DNA of 64,000 bases. Source: a virus. A program made the translations under genes and the position numbers. The notes beneath the pieces were generated by a model, which had not been told where the DNA came from, searched no databases, and saw nothing but the letters and a program-made list of their open reading frames with translations. Below, piece after piece: positions 1 through 9,397 of the stretch (position 1 is its first letter; each line of letters begins with the position of its first letter). The stretch covers positions 64,001 through 128,000 of IMG/VR virus record IMGVR_UViG_3300034283_002790; one strand, given 5' to 3'.

Positions 1-124
1 TATCGGTCCCAAAAAAGTTTGCTCTTTCCCGTGCAAAACCTAAATTTGGGGTATAAAATTTAAGACCTCTCTCATTAAAGTAATAATAAATTTCAATTTT
101 TTCGACTGTGATTTCTTCTGTCAT
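1..124 (-). CDS. hypothetical protein, runs off window start
   Basis: ATG at 124 (MTEEITVEKIEIYYYFNERG...), open to the edge; TAATTTTG promoter-like element at 148-155. Confidence 0.45.
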   Translation of the reverse strand, partial: MTEEITVEKIEIYYYFNERGLKFYTPNLGFARERANFFGTD

Positions 125-184
125 AGTTTCTATTAATTAATTTGATACAAAATTAGGTAAATTTAAATTAAAAAACAAATTTTT

Positions 185-1333
185 TTATAAAATTTTTGAA
201 AAAATATCCAGAATTCTATTTTTTTCTTCTGAAATTTTTTTGTTGGGATACATTGTGGCGTTCTGTTTGTTTAATTCTGCCTCAATATCATCAAGTTTTT
301 TAGTTCCGGTTGAAAAAAAATCTTCTAATGCCTTTTTTATTTTTTCTTTATCAACTTTTACTACATTGAACTCTACTTGTTCTGGTGCTTCTTCTTCTGA
401 AGGTACTTCTGGAGCATTCTTGATATTACCCTCCTTATCCATAAATTCAAAAATATCTTTTCCTTGATCCGTTCCTATGTGTACGTGGCTTGAACTTGGA
501 TAGGAAGGCCACTCTGTTATTTTCCCAATGAAATCACCAGGTTTTACTTTGTCTCCGGGTTCTAACTTTACAGAATCCAAATGTGTGTAAAAAACACTTG
601 GATCACCATTTTCACCAGAAATGGACAACTGAGTCCCGAAAATATTTTTTTTCTTTTTACTAGATTCGTGTTTTTTTGCCACTTTTCCATGTGTCAAAGA
701 ATAAACTGAAGTGCCTATTGGTGCTTGTATATCCCAAGCATGTCTGGATGACCAATCTGGTGTGGATCTTTTGGCATGATCACTTGGTGTTGATATAATT
801 TTTATTGGGTTTCCTCCAGAAAAAAAAGTCTTAGATTCCATTTTTGGAACTTTTTTCTTTTGTGCTACGGTCATTGTGACTGTCTCTTTATTACCGATTT
901 CACCACTTACTATTTCCGCCCCAGATAGATATTTCTCAGGATTTACCCAATTTCCAGATTCTGATTTTCTAATTTCAAAATGTAAATGTGGCCCAGTTGA
1001 CTTACCACCACCACCTTCTAAACCTTGTCCACCACCAGATTCGGCAATTTTTTGACCCTGTTTAACTTTATCACCCACATCAACAAGTCTTTGAGTTAAA
1101 TGTGCGTAGGCTGAATAGAAATTTTCTCCATCAACATTATGTTTGATTATTATAAAATTACCATAACCACGTTTATTTCTCATGTCGGATCTAACAACTT
1201 CACCATCTGCAACTGAAATCACATCAGAACCATCAGGTATGGCAATGTCAATACCATTATGATGTTTTCCCCATCTAGGACCAAATCCAGAGGTCTTAGT
1301 TCCTTTTTTAGATAATGGATAAACTAATTTCAT
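185..1333 (-). CDS. tandem M23 metallopeptidase (peptidoglycan hydrolase), two M23 domains
   Basis: HNGIDIAIPDG...YAHL...STGPHLHFEIR and a second HAWDIQAPIG...YTHL...HVHIG. Confidence 0.85.
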   Translation of the reverse strand: MKLVYPLSKKGTKTSGFGPRWGKHHNGIDIAIPDGSDVISVADGEVVRSDMRNKRGYGNFIIIKHNVDGENFYSAYAHLTQRLVDVGDKVKQGQKIAESGGGQGLEGGGGKSTGPHLHFEIRKSESGNWVNPEKYLSGAEIVSGEIGNKETVTMTVAQKKKVPKMESKTFFSGGNPIKIISTPSDHAKRSTPDWSSRHAWDIQAPIGTSVYSLTHGKVAKKHESSKKKKNIFGTQLSISGENGDPSVFYTHLDSVKLEPGDKVKPGDFIGKITEWPSYPSSSHVHIGTDQGKDIFEFMDKEGNIKNAPEVPSEEEAPEQVEFNVVKVDKEKIKKALEDFFSTGTKKLDDIEAELNKQNATMYPNKKISEEKNRILDIFSKIL

Positions 1334-1335
1334 AT

Positions 1336-1824
1336 TTACATAAATACTTCATTCTTTGAAAACCACTCAGGTATATTTCTATTTTTCCACACGGCAAAAT
1401 TCTTTTTCGATCCCATGTAGTAATTTCTGTAAGATTCTACCACATCGATAACTTTGTATTCATCTGGCATTGCTTTAGGAGGAGTTGTAAAATCAATGTC
1501 CGGTATTTGTGGTTTGTTAATCATACACCACTCAATAACTTGTTGGGACTTGTGTCGTTTACCGTAACGATAAGTATACTCTTTACACAACTCCAATCCG
1601 AGATCACAAAGATAAAGATAATTAGATAGTGATTCTCGAGCCCAAATCGCACAGGGGTGATTTTTGTGAGATAACTTGTAGGGAACTTGAGGGGTAACTT
1701 GGGGGGTCATATGATGAACACCACATAAAAGTTGTGCTGTTTCAAGGATCATTTTTACTACGTGCTTATCACAATGATATTGAGCACATTTTTTCGTGTT
1801 GTAATCTAAAATAAAAATATTCAT
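1336..1824 (-). CDS. pyrimidine-dimer DNA glycosylase / endonuclease V-like protein
   Basis: MNIF.LD...KCAQYHCDKHVVKMILETAQLL, HKNHPC.IW.RES, YTYRYGKRHKS, YRNYY motifs; TACCTTTG promoter upstream. Confidence 0.7.
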   Translation of the reverse strand: MNIFILDYNTKKCAQYHCDKHVVKMILETAQLLCGVHHMTPQVTPQVPYKLSHKNHPCAIWARESLSNYLYLCDLGLELCKEYTYRYGKRHKSQQVIEWCMINKPQIPDIDFTTPPKAMPDEYKVIDVVESYRNYYMGSKKNFAVWKNRNIPEWFSKNEVFM

Positions 1825-1847
1825 ACCACAAAGGTATAAAATTTTTT

Positions 1848-2459
1848 TTATTGTGCCAAATATGTCATTAGAACACCACCGATAGATGATGCGTGAACCT
1901 GGAGGTGATTAATAGACTCCATGTCCAGATTTGTTTTTCTACGAGTAAAATCAATTGCTAATACACCAATAAACCGTCCCTCAATAGTCTTAATTGCAAA
2001 CAAATATGATGATTTAGATCCACATTCTTCTGCAATATATTTAAGTCCGAAGGTTGCAATTGTTTCATCTTTGAAGTCGGAAATTTGAATTATGTCATTT
2101 TGATAAAGTTCATTTATTGCTCTTGAAAATAACTGAACCGGTATATTTTTGAAATTAGATTGTACTGATTGAGTACTAGCACCGACTGTTTCATACATTA
2201 TTGAGAATTTAGCCATCGATTTACCTGTTGGATAAAAATTACCACCATTATGAAATTGAGAGATCCAAACTCGGTCCGCTTTAAATTCGTCTTTGATGTG
2301 ATCAATTTTTTGATTTATTAATTCACTTACTCTAAGCGTATCCATGACCATATCTGGTTTAACTTTTCTTTTCTCTAAAAAATCTCTAATGTAAATTATT
2401 AATACTGGTCCTAATACCCCGGTGATAAATGCGACTGCAATAGTTACAAAATTCTCCAT
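1848..2459 (-). CDS. N-terminal TM helix plus GAF-like domain protein (possibly T4 holin T-like)
   Basis: Hydrophobic residues 5-24; GAF-like ADRVWISQFHNGG...SSYLFAIKTIEGRFIGVLAIDF. Confidence 0.5.
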   Translation of the reverse strand: MENFVTIAVAFITGVLGPVLIIYIRDFLEKRKVKPDMVMDTLRVSELINQKIDHIKDEFKADRVWISQFHNGGNFYPTGKSMAKFSIMYETVGASTQSVQSNFKNIPVQLFSRAINELYQNDIIQISDFKDETIATFGLKYIAEECGSKSSYLFAIKTIEGRFIGVLAIDFTRRKTNLDMESINHLQVHASSIGGVLMTYLAQ

Positions 2460-2512
2460 GTTATGTAATATTTAAAAACCCCCCAGAAATAAACCCGGGG
2501 GGTGAAAAAATT

Positions 2513-2686
2513 TTATGAGTTGTTTTTTTCGATTATGGACCAGATAGTTCCTGTTAATGTGATTACTCCACCGATGATTTCAGTTAATGTTTTTTCGTCA
2601 ACAATACCTTTCATTACCAAAATACCACCAACAAATGTTAAAGAATGTCTCACAATTCCTAATATTTGTTCTTTTGTAAGTTTCAT
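2513..2686 (-). CDS. putative holin (Pam3-gp28-like), 57 aa; not in ORF track
   Basis: Hand-translated MKLTKEQILGIVRHSLTFVGGILVMKGIVDEKTLTEIIGGVITLTGTIWSIIEKNNS; two TM helices. Confidence 0.65.
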   Translation of the reverse strand: MKLTKEQILGIVRHSLTFVGGILVMKGIVDEKTLTEIIGGVITLTGTIWSIIEKNNS

Positions 2687-2835
2687 AATTAATTTAGTTA
2701 AAAGTTTATTTACTAAATAAATATGTAAACAAAAGTAAAATTATATATTCTTACTGATGATTTTGTTTTTTGTCAATTAGAAACAAAATTAAAATCCATA
2801 CAAATAGACCCATAGGAATAGAGAGAGAAATAATT

Positions 2836-3069
2836 TCAGATATTTTCATTATTATTTTTTTTTTGAATTTTTTTACTTATAAATCTTCTGTACCTTTTTA
2901 GAACATAAATTTTGGACTTATTAAAATAATTTTCACCAATTACAGAATACCAAATTACTGTCATAAAAATCAATGGAAGTCCGGACAATGAAGTACCAAA
3001 GTAAATTGCCCATTTTATGTATAAAAATGTGATGACCAGGTCAAATAAATAATTTAAAAATTTTAACAT
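2836..3069 (-). CDS. small membrane protein
   Basis: Two hydrophobic segments, basic C-tail. Confidence 0.5.
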   Translation of the reverse strand: MLKFLNYLFDLVITFLYIKWAIYFGTSLSGLPLIFMTVIWYSVIGENYFNKSKIYVLKRYRRFISKKIQKKNNNENI

Positions 3070-3082
3070 TGTAATTTAAATT

Positions 3083-3195
3083 GTAATCGAAAAAGGGTTC
3101 GAACCTTTACTACTGTTTTTAACTCAGCATCTCCGTTTAACTGGATAGCGTCTACCACATCAAGTACCTTCGTACTGTCATTTCGCCATTCGATT
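3083..3195 (-). tRNA. tRNA-Leu(TAA)-like gene with ~22-nt D-loop insertion and imperfect anticodon stem
   Basis: Acceptor AATCGAA/TTCGATT, A73, TGGCGAAAT...GGTAGACGC D-arm, long variable arm TGCTG/CAGTA, T-arm AAAGG-TTCGAAC-CCTTT. Confidence 0.6.
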
Positions 3196-3202
3196 AATCT
3201 TT

Positions 3203-3508
3203 TTAATCATTCTTAATTGTGACTAAATTTAGTCTAGTCGGAATAATCTCAATACATTTTTCTTCCACAATCTCTCCTCGGGAGTAGACAATTAAGTCAT
3301 AAATCCCGACTTGTAAATTCCAAAATTTTATATTTTTTACTTTATCCATTCCGATGGGTGGAAGATAAAACCCATCATTATAAGTGATTACAACACTATC
3401 AGAAACTGCGCTTCTGATAGGAATATTTAATCTTGTTTTATTTGTCATTAACATATCCTGTCCATAAATCATGGGAGATATAAAAAGAATCCAAAAGAAC
3501 TTTTTCAT
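3203..3508 (-). CDS. hypothetical exported protein
   Basis: Signal-peptide-like MKKFFWILFISPMIYGQ. Confidence 0.55.
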   Translation of the reverse strand: MKKFFWILFISPMIYGQDMLMTNKTRLNIPIRSAVSDSVVITYNDGFYLPPIGMDKVKNIKFWNLQVGIYDLIVYSRGEIVEEKCIEIIPTRLNLVTIKND

Positions 3509-3730
3509 TTATTTGTTTTTTTTGTTAAGAAAATTTGAAATTTCAGTACTCCAGTATTCATAAGCGGGATAAAGTATTAATACTCCCAAAATCACTAAAA
3601 TCATTGATAATATAGAAACATCATTATAGAAATAATAAGATACCATGAATGAAGATATCAGAACAATCATTGTCCCAATAAAAATTGATAAAAACTCTTT
3701 AAATTTTTCTAACATAACTTTTTTATTCAA
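3509..3730 (-). CDS. small 2-TM membrane protein
   Basis: Two hydrophobic helices; TTTGAC...TATCTTTG promoter upstream. Confidence 0.55.
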   Translation of the reverse strand: MNKKVMLEKFKEFLSIFIGTMIVLISSFMVSYYFYNDVSILSMILVILGVLILYPAYEYWSTEISNFLNKKNK

Positions 3731-3758
3731 AGATAGTAAAAAAAATTAAAAAGTCAAA

Positions 3759-4301
3759 TTAATTAAATCCGAAATTGGGGTCATTGTCTCGGTTAAACCT
3801 ATCACTAAAAGTATCTACCGTTCTTCTTAATGAACCGGAAAAATCACTTAAAAACTCTAAAATCGATGAAGTTTCTTCAACCAAATAATTAAAATCAATA
3901 TTGTAAGACTCATAATCTGAAACATCCATTTGATCCAGCATGATAAATTTATCTTTTAATTTTCCAAGTTTTTTGATTAAAACTTTGGATTTTTCTCTGA
4001 GTTCATCCTCAGTAAAATCTCCTAGTATTTTATCCAACCTAAAAATTACTCGTTCTAGTTTCATTGCGATCGACTCAAAAAACTCTTTCTTTTCCACATT
4101 ATCGAAGTCTGTATCCAGTAATAAGGAAATTATTTTTGCCATCATCAAAGATAATTCACTTATCATTTCTAATGAATTACTAAAAACATGTCTTCCGTGT
4201 GAAGCCATAACAAACGGGTCATCATACCCACCAATTTCTAAAATTACCTTTTTAACGATATTTCGAAGTTGAGATTCTGAAAGTCTAATTACTTTTTTCA
4301 T
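3759..4301 (-). CDS. leader-class A hypothetical (MKKVIRLSESQL..IVK.VILE)
   Basis: Shared N-terminal leader; TATTTAT motif at 4308-4314 (minus). Confidence 0.65.
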   Translation of the reverse strand: MKKVIRLSESQLRNIVKKVILEIGGYDDPFVMASHGRHVFSNSLEMISELSLMMAKIISLLLDTDFDNVEKKEFFESIAMKLERVIFRLDKILGDFTEDELREKSKVLIKKLGKLKDKFIMLDQMDVSDYESYNIDFNYLVEETSSILEFLSDFSGSLRRTVDTFSDRFNRDNDPNFGFN

Positions 4302-4322
4302 ATTATAATAAATATCACCAAA

Positions 4323-4877
4323 TCAAATAAGTTCAAACCCTAACTCAACGCAACTATCCATTTTTAAGATTTCATATTTTAAACCGAACTCCTCTATCAC
4401 CGCAAAACTTAATTTGGCAGAATCCCTTCCTCTATTGTTTACCTCGAAAAATCGTTGTTTTTTCGAGCGTTCAACATTGAAAAAATTTTCAAAATTACTA
4501 TCATAAAATATTTTTATAACAAACACTAATCTACCTTTTGGCGTAAATAATCCACAATAAGTGTCTTTTTGATCATGTGGGGTGTCCATATTGATCCTAC
4601 CTATCTCACCTAATGACTTAGATTTTGTTATCCTGAATTTATTTTCAGAATTGGGTTCGATCTTCGAACTCTTTAAAGAGTATAGTTGTGAATCTGGACC
4701 ATTAATTCTTTTGTTTTGATTATTTTCTATGTTCAAAAAATCTCTCAAAGAAACCTCCCTATACTTGTCATTAAATAAAAATTCCAAAGGTAAAACTTTA
4801 TCTATAAAATCTAACTTATCACCTAATGTTTTTTTATTCAAAAAACAAACTATTATTTTTTCAAAAATTTTTTTCAT
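4323..4877 (-). CDS. hypothetical protein
   Basis: 184-aa ORF; TACTTTTG promoter upstream. Confidence 0.55.
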   Translation of the reverse strand: MKKIFEKIIVCFLNKKTLGDKLDFIDKVLPLEFLFNDKYREVSLRDFLNIENNQNKRINGPDSQLYSLKSSKIEPNSENKFRITKSKSLGEIGRINMDTPHDQKDTYCGLFTPKGRLVFVIKIFYDSNFENFFNVERSKKQRFFEVNNRGRDSAKLSFAVIEEFGLKYEILKMDSCVELGFELI

Positions 4878-4948
4878 ACATATTTCTAAACTTTCACAAA
4901 AGTAAAAAAAACAAACTTAAATGTCAAATTTTAATATTTATATAATAT

Positions 4949-5251
4949 ATGACACAAGTTATTGTTTCTTCAGTAATAGGAGGTACTTTTCCCATTTTCA
5001 TCTATGCTTGTGATAGTTTTGGAAACAATTGCTCATTGGTTGCTAGTGTAACGTCTGTAACACCTTTACCATATATTATAACTCTTCCCCCACAATTTGA
5101 TACAGCACCTCAAATAATGTTAAAATTTGTTGATGCAATCGGTTGCGAACATTCTGAAATTCTTCTATGTACTCTGGATGAAAAAATATTCGAAGATGGG
5201 GTTACCTTTTTATTTATGGATGGAATTACTTTTATTTTTCAAGATCAATAA
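4949..5251 (+). CDS. hypothetical, probable virion structural protein
   Basis: Beta-rich ORF, TATTTAT at 4935-4941. Confidence 0.5.
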   Translation: MTQVIVSSVIGGTFPIFIYACDSFGNNCSLVASVTSVTPLPYIITLPPQFDTAPQIMLKFVDAIGCEHSEILLCTLDEKIFEDGVTFLFMDGITFIFQDQ

Positions 5252-5276
5252 TTGTTATATTTATAATATATAAATT

Positions 5277-6032
5277 ATGTCTCAAGAAAAACTAACAGAC
5301 CGAACTTTAGCAACTGGAGTTACTTTGAATGATTTATTTCATATTGTAATTACGGGAGACACAACGCAGAGTAGTGATGGATCATCATACAAGGCTACAA
5401 TTCAGCAATTAGCAACTGCAATCTCTGGTGGAACAAGCGGAACCAACGGAACAAGCGGAACCAACGGAACAAGCGGAACCAACGGAACAAGCGGAACTTC
5501 TCCTGTCAGTCCATACCCATATGTTTATGGTTTATTTTCACAAACTGGAAATAGTGTAACTGTATCAGGCACTACTTCAGAAACAACGATTATTGGCCCT
5601 GGTATTGGTTCTCTAACAGTATCTGCAAATACTTTTAGTGTTGGTGATTCATTCACAATTAAACTTTTTGGTGACATGGGGTCTCAGAACAACGACACTT
5701 TACAAATAAAAATTAAAAGTGGAAGTGTGATATTAGGAACCACAGGTTCATTAACAATGCCATCAGTAACCAATTCTCATTTCATGTTAAATGTCGGGTT
5801 TACAATAAGATCTACTGGAACTACAGGCGTGGCATCAATAGTCTCCTCTGGATTTTTTACATACACTCAAAACGCATCAGGTAATCAAGAAGGGGGTAGT
5901 TTTAGTACTTTGAATAATACTACTTTTGATACAACATCCTCAAACACTCTCGATATAACGGCACAGTTCAATTCTACAAACTCAGCGAATTTTATCTATT
6001 CTGAATTTTTTGTATTAAACAAAGTTTATTGA
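5277..6032 (+). CDS. probable tail fibre / virion structural protein with GTSGTN repeats
   Basis: Gly/Thr/Ser-rich, DLFHIV...GSSYKATIQQL head motif, TATTTAT upstream. Confidence 0.5.
   Translation: MSQEKLTDRTLATGVTLNDLFHIVITGDTTQSSDGSSYKATIQQLATAISGGTSGTNGTSGTNGTSGTNGTSGTSPVSPYPYVYGLFSQTGNSVTVSGTTSETTIIGPGIGSLTVSANTFSVGDSFTIKLFGDMGSQNNDTLQIKIKSGSVILGTTGSLTMPSVTNSHFMLNVGFTIRSTGTTGVASIVSSGFFTYTQNASGNQEGGSFSTLNNTTFDTTSSNTLDITAQFNSTNSANFIYSEFFVLNKVY
5430..5497 (+). repeat. 18-bp coding tandem repeat GGAACAAGCGGAACCAAC x3.8
   Basis: Read directly; encodes GTSGTN. Confidence 0.95.
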
Positions 6033-6136
6033 TTTAATTCCGATAAATAAAGTTCGTAAAGATAAACGAAATAATCTTCAGAATTTATAAATTCTTCGTG
6101 AATTGTTTGATGAATATCTTCCATATTTTTAATTAG

Positions 6137-6209
6137 TATCCCTATCAGGGCTCGAACCTGAATGATTTCTTTAGAAGAGAAATATGTTATCCAGTTACAT
6201 CATAGGGAC
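6137..6209 (-). tRNA. tRNA-Arg(TCT)
   Basis: Cloverleaf GTCCCTA/TAGGGAT; anticodon arm TTTCT-CTTCTAA-AGAAA; T-arm CAGG-TTCGAGC-CCTG; CCA not encoded. Confidence 0.9.
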
Positions 6210-6246
6210 AAGACTATTATAAGTAAAAAAAAACTTATAATCAACT

Positions 6247-8667
6247 TTATCTATGAAATTTATTTCCAATAACAAAATTTGCTGATTTATAATCTTTATT
6301 ATTTTTGGCTTGAGGTTTTGGAATTTCGTTCGATGGTTTTCTTAAAACTTCTCCGTTTTGATTGATTGAATCCGTTTTTGTTTGGTTTGGTAATACAATT
6401 CTACTTTTATTGAGTAATCTATCTGTAATTGATCTATCCGCAACTCTGTTGTACTTATCTGGTCTATGTGACTCAACCACTTTTCTTACAGGTTTGTTGA
6501 TGACAGAATTAATATTATTAATTGCATTTTGTTTTTTTTCTAAAAAAGAATTTTCAATGAAAGAATAGTCAATCATAGAATCAAAATAGGTATAGTTTCT
6601 TGTGTTCAATATTTCTGGATTACCGGACCCTTTTTTAGATTTCATAATTTTGAAATAGTGATGTCTTAATACTGACCTCATACCAGTATCTCTATTAGTA
6701 GTCAAACTATTCGAGTGAATTCTTCTCTTAAACAGTGGTTTTTTGCTGAAATTAATTTTTGGATTTGATTTATACAGTCTTCCCATAAAATCTGAATCAG
6801 CAGCACACATCCATGGTTCAAAACCATTCATATTCAAAAAAACATCTTTTTGTATTCCAAATACTCCCTCACCATAGTTATTTAAACCTTTAATTTCGGT
6901 GTTTGTTAAGTTATCAAAATTTAACATTCTTGGTTTGATACAAACAAAATGATCTAATTTTTCATTCATGTAGGTAATCATATCTTTTAACATTAAGTCG
7001 TCCGAATCAAAAAAAATTAATTTGTTACTTTTTGATATTGATGCCAAGGTATTTTTAATAGAATAAGGTCCATTATTCTCATCAAAGTAAAATATCTTTA
7101 CGTTTGGTCCAATTGCTCTTTTAGTAAAATGTTCCAGAGTATTAATACACCCATCAATTCCGATCAATATCTCAACATTTTGATTTAAAGACGAAAATTC
7201 AACAGATGACAAACAATCGTCAATAAAATCAACATTATTGTAAGTTGGTATTATTACTGATAATTCTGGTTTTTCAAGATCATAGGGGTATAAAGAACAA
7301 TGTTCATTTTTTAAAATTAATTCATTTTCTGATAAAATTTGATAAAATTTTGTGATGGTCATTTCTGTAATTTTATCAACTATTTTTTCTTCTCGTCTTT
7401 TTCTTATAATTGAGAAATATTTTTGTCTAATACTTGAATTTAAATCGGTTTCCTTTTTTTTGGTTAGATTTTTTTCGTGTCTTCTCCGGTAATAAAGAAT
7501 TTTATTTGATAAAAGGGTATTAACTTTTTTTATTTCTTCTCTCATTTTAAACTCAGAATCTGCACTACAAACCCAAGGTTCGAAACCTTTGAAATCTAAT
7601 AATATTTTTTTATTTATTCCTAATTGACCAATAGATAAAAAATTATTAATATTTTCTTTTTTGAAATTTGTTATATCTGAGTTATTCTTGAAATTATAAA
7701 ATTTAAATCTGAATGTATCATGAGAGTCAAGTGCGTTGATTGTATCGGTAATAAGATCTTCATGTAAAATATCATCAGAATCAACAAATAATATTTTTTT
7801 GGAATTCGAAATTTTAGATAAAGAATTTCTAATAACATAGGGTCCTACACTTTTATCAAAAAAGTAAAATTTAAAATCGTTTTTGAGTGAGTTAAATCTT
7901 TTTGAGACATACTCCTTAGTTTTCTTACAATTATCAATACCAATTAAAACTTCTATATTGTATTTTTTTTTCGATTTAATTATGGAAAGAAAAAAATCAG
8001 ACAAATATTCAATATTATCAAAAGTCGGGGTCACGATTGTTAAATCGTAATCTATTATTTTATCTATTTTTTTGTCTTGAGGATTTATTTTAGAATAAGA
8101 ATTTTTTCCATGAACAACTAATCTTGTATTTTGATCTTTTAATAAAAAAATGTTCGGTGTAATCTCATTCATAAATCTATGATTTTTATCATAGACAAAA
8201 TTAGTAACTTCTTTTTGACACAAAGTTAAAAACATAGAAGTGAAATTACCCTTACTATAATCCAAACCATGTTCATAGATTTCACCAGTATTGTGGTCAA
8301 GTTTGAATACTTTAGAATGAATTATGAATTTGTCAAAAGAGTCTTTATTTTTTGTGTATAAGTTTTGAATCGTTTCAATATAATCTTCTCTCATCCAGTC
8401 ATCACAATCGTGTCTTGTCTGAATTTCTATATTATTTGTGTAACAATAATTTCTTACCTCTTCGAATGTCGAAAAAAATATAACATTATCGTCCAATAAA
8501 TGTTTAATTAAGTCTATGTGTTTTGGATTGATCACAAGACCTATCTTGAAGTTTTTATTTGTTTGAGAATTTATCGATGGGATATAGTACTTTTTCATTA
8601 TTTCAAAGTATTCTTGAAATAATGTATCGTCCTGGAAATTGACTCTAGTAATTACTATATGATTCAT
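6247..8667 (-). CDS. multidomain glycosyltransferase (GT-A-like N-terminus plus two GT2 domains)
   Basis: Two copies of LS/TIV.PT..N...E.LIGID.C...GPY...N......L.F.DSDD; FEPW.C.ADS.F. Confidence 0.85.
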   Translation of the reverse strand: MNHIVITRVNFQDDTLFQEYFEIMKKYYIPSINSQTNKNFKIGLVINPKHIDLIKHLLDDNVIFFSTFEEVRNYCYTNNIEIQTRHDCDDWMREDYIETIQNLYTKNKDSFDKFIIHSKVFKLDHNTGEIYEHGLDYSKGNFTSMFLTLCQKEVTNFVYDKNHRFMNEITPNIFLLKDQNTRLVVHGKNSYSKINPQDKKIDKIIDYDLTIVTPTFDNIEYLSDFFLSIIKSKKKYNIEVLIGIDNCKKTKEYVSKRFNSLKNDFKFYFFDKSVGPYVIRNSLSKISNSKKILFVDSDDILHEDLITDTINALDSHDTFRFKFYNFKNNSDITNFKKENINNFLSIGQLGINKKILLDFKGFEPWVCSADSEFKMREEIKKVNTLLSNKILYYRRRHEKNLTKKKETDLNSSIRQKYFSIIRKRREEKIVDKITEMTITKFYQILSENELILKNEHCSLYPYDLEKPELSVIIPTYNNVDFIDDCLSSVEFSSLNQNVEILIGIDGCINTLEHFTKRAIGPNVKIFYFDENNGPYSIKNTLASISKSNKLIFFDSDDLMLKDMITYMNEKLDHFVCIKPRMLNFDNLTNTEIKGLNNYGEGVFGIQKDVFLNMNGFEPWMCAADSDFMGRLYKSNPKINFSKKPLFKRRIHSNSLTTNRDTGMRSVLRHHYFKIMKSKKGSGNPEILNTRNYTYFDSMIDYSFIENSFLEKKQNAINNINSVINKPVRKVVESHRPDKYNRVADRSITDRLLNKSRIVLPNQTKTDSINQNGEVLRKPSNEIPKPQAKNNKDYKSANFVIGNKFHR

Positions 8668-8668
8668 C

Positions 8669-9397
8669 TTATAGAATATAAATTTGTTTATTTTCTACAT
8701 ATACTAATGAACCAAAAATTCTTTCCATTGCATGATTTATTGATGGTTCATGTACATAACCTGGTGGAGAGATTTCTAAAATTTTATCAATAACATCATC
8801 TGTTAAATATTTTTTCAAAATATCATTATTTATCCAAAAAATTGTCCCCCCAACAAAAAAGTGACCATCAGTATTTGTTTTTAAATTGACCCATGAAAAT
8901 ATTTCATTCATACAACTTAAATTTACCGCAAAATTATTGTTTTTTTTAGCCCCAACCATTCCACAATCGGGGTTATTTTTAAAGTTATCAATAATTCTAT
9001 CAACACGTTCTTTCGAACCAAGTACTCCATGCATCAGACCGTTAAACCAAACCTGTCCCCTATGATTTGCACTTTCTAAACCATGCCTTGACAAATGTAT
9101 TGATGGTCTGGTGGGTGATCCCAAACCTTTTTTTGTGTGAATTTTTAAAATTAAATCATATGAATCTCTTATTGTTTTATATATTTGTAAAAAACCACCC
9201 ACATCCATTCCTATATTTTGTACAAAAACAATATTGGTATTTTTATTTGTTTGTTTAAGATTATGAAGAAAACTTTGAGGATAATTTTTAGTCAATCCAA
9301 TATATAAATCATATTCATGTTCTAGATTACTCAAATATGATCTTATAGAATCTAACATATCAATATGATATAAATGGACACAGACGGCAATTTTCAT
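8669..9397 (-). CDS. rhamnan synthesis F (RgpF)-like glycosyltransferase
   Basis: IAVCVHLYH, N.GMDVGGF, LILKIHTKK, FVGGTIFW, HAMERIFG. Confidence 0.75.
   Translation of the reverse strand: MKIAVCVHLYHIDMLDSIRSYLSNLEHEYDLYIGLTKNYPQSFLHNLKQTNKNTNIVFVQNIGMDVGGFLQIYKTIRDSYDLILKIHTKKGLGSPTRPSIHLSRHGLESANHRGQVWFNGLMHGVLGSKERVDRIIDNFKNNPDCGMVGAKKNNNFAVNLSCMNEIFSWVNLKTNTDGHFFVGGTIFWINNDILKKYLTDDVIDKILEISPPGYVHEPSINHAMERIFGSLVYVENKQIYIL

Noticed and set aside
2502-2720. 72-aa plus-strand ORF in the track
   Set aside because: Antisense shadow of the holin-like ORF at 2513-2686 (minus).
4308-4314. T4 gp55 late promoter TATAAATA
   Set aside because: The motif lies in the opposite orientation (TATTTAT on the sense strand) for genes on both strands.
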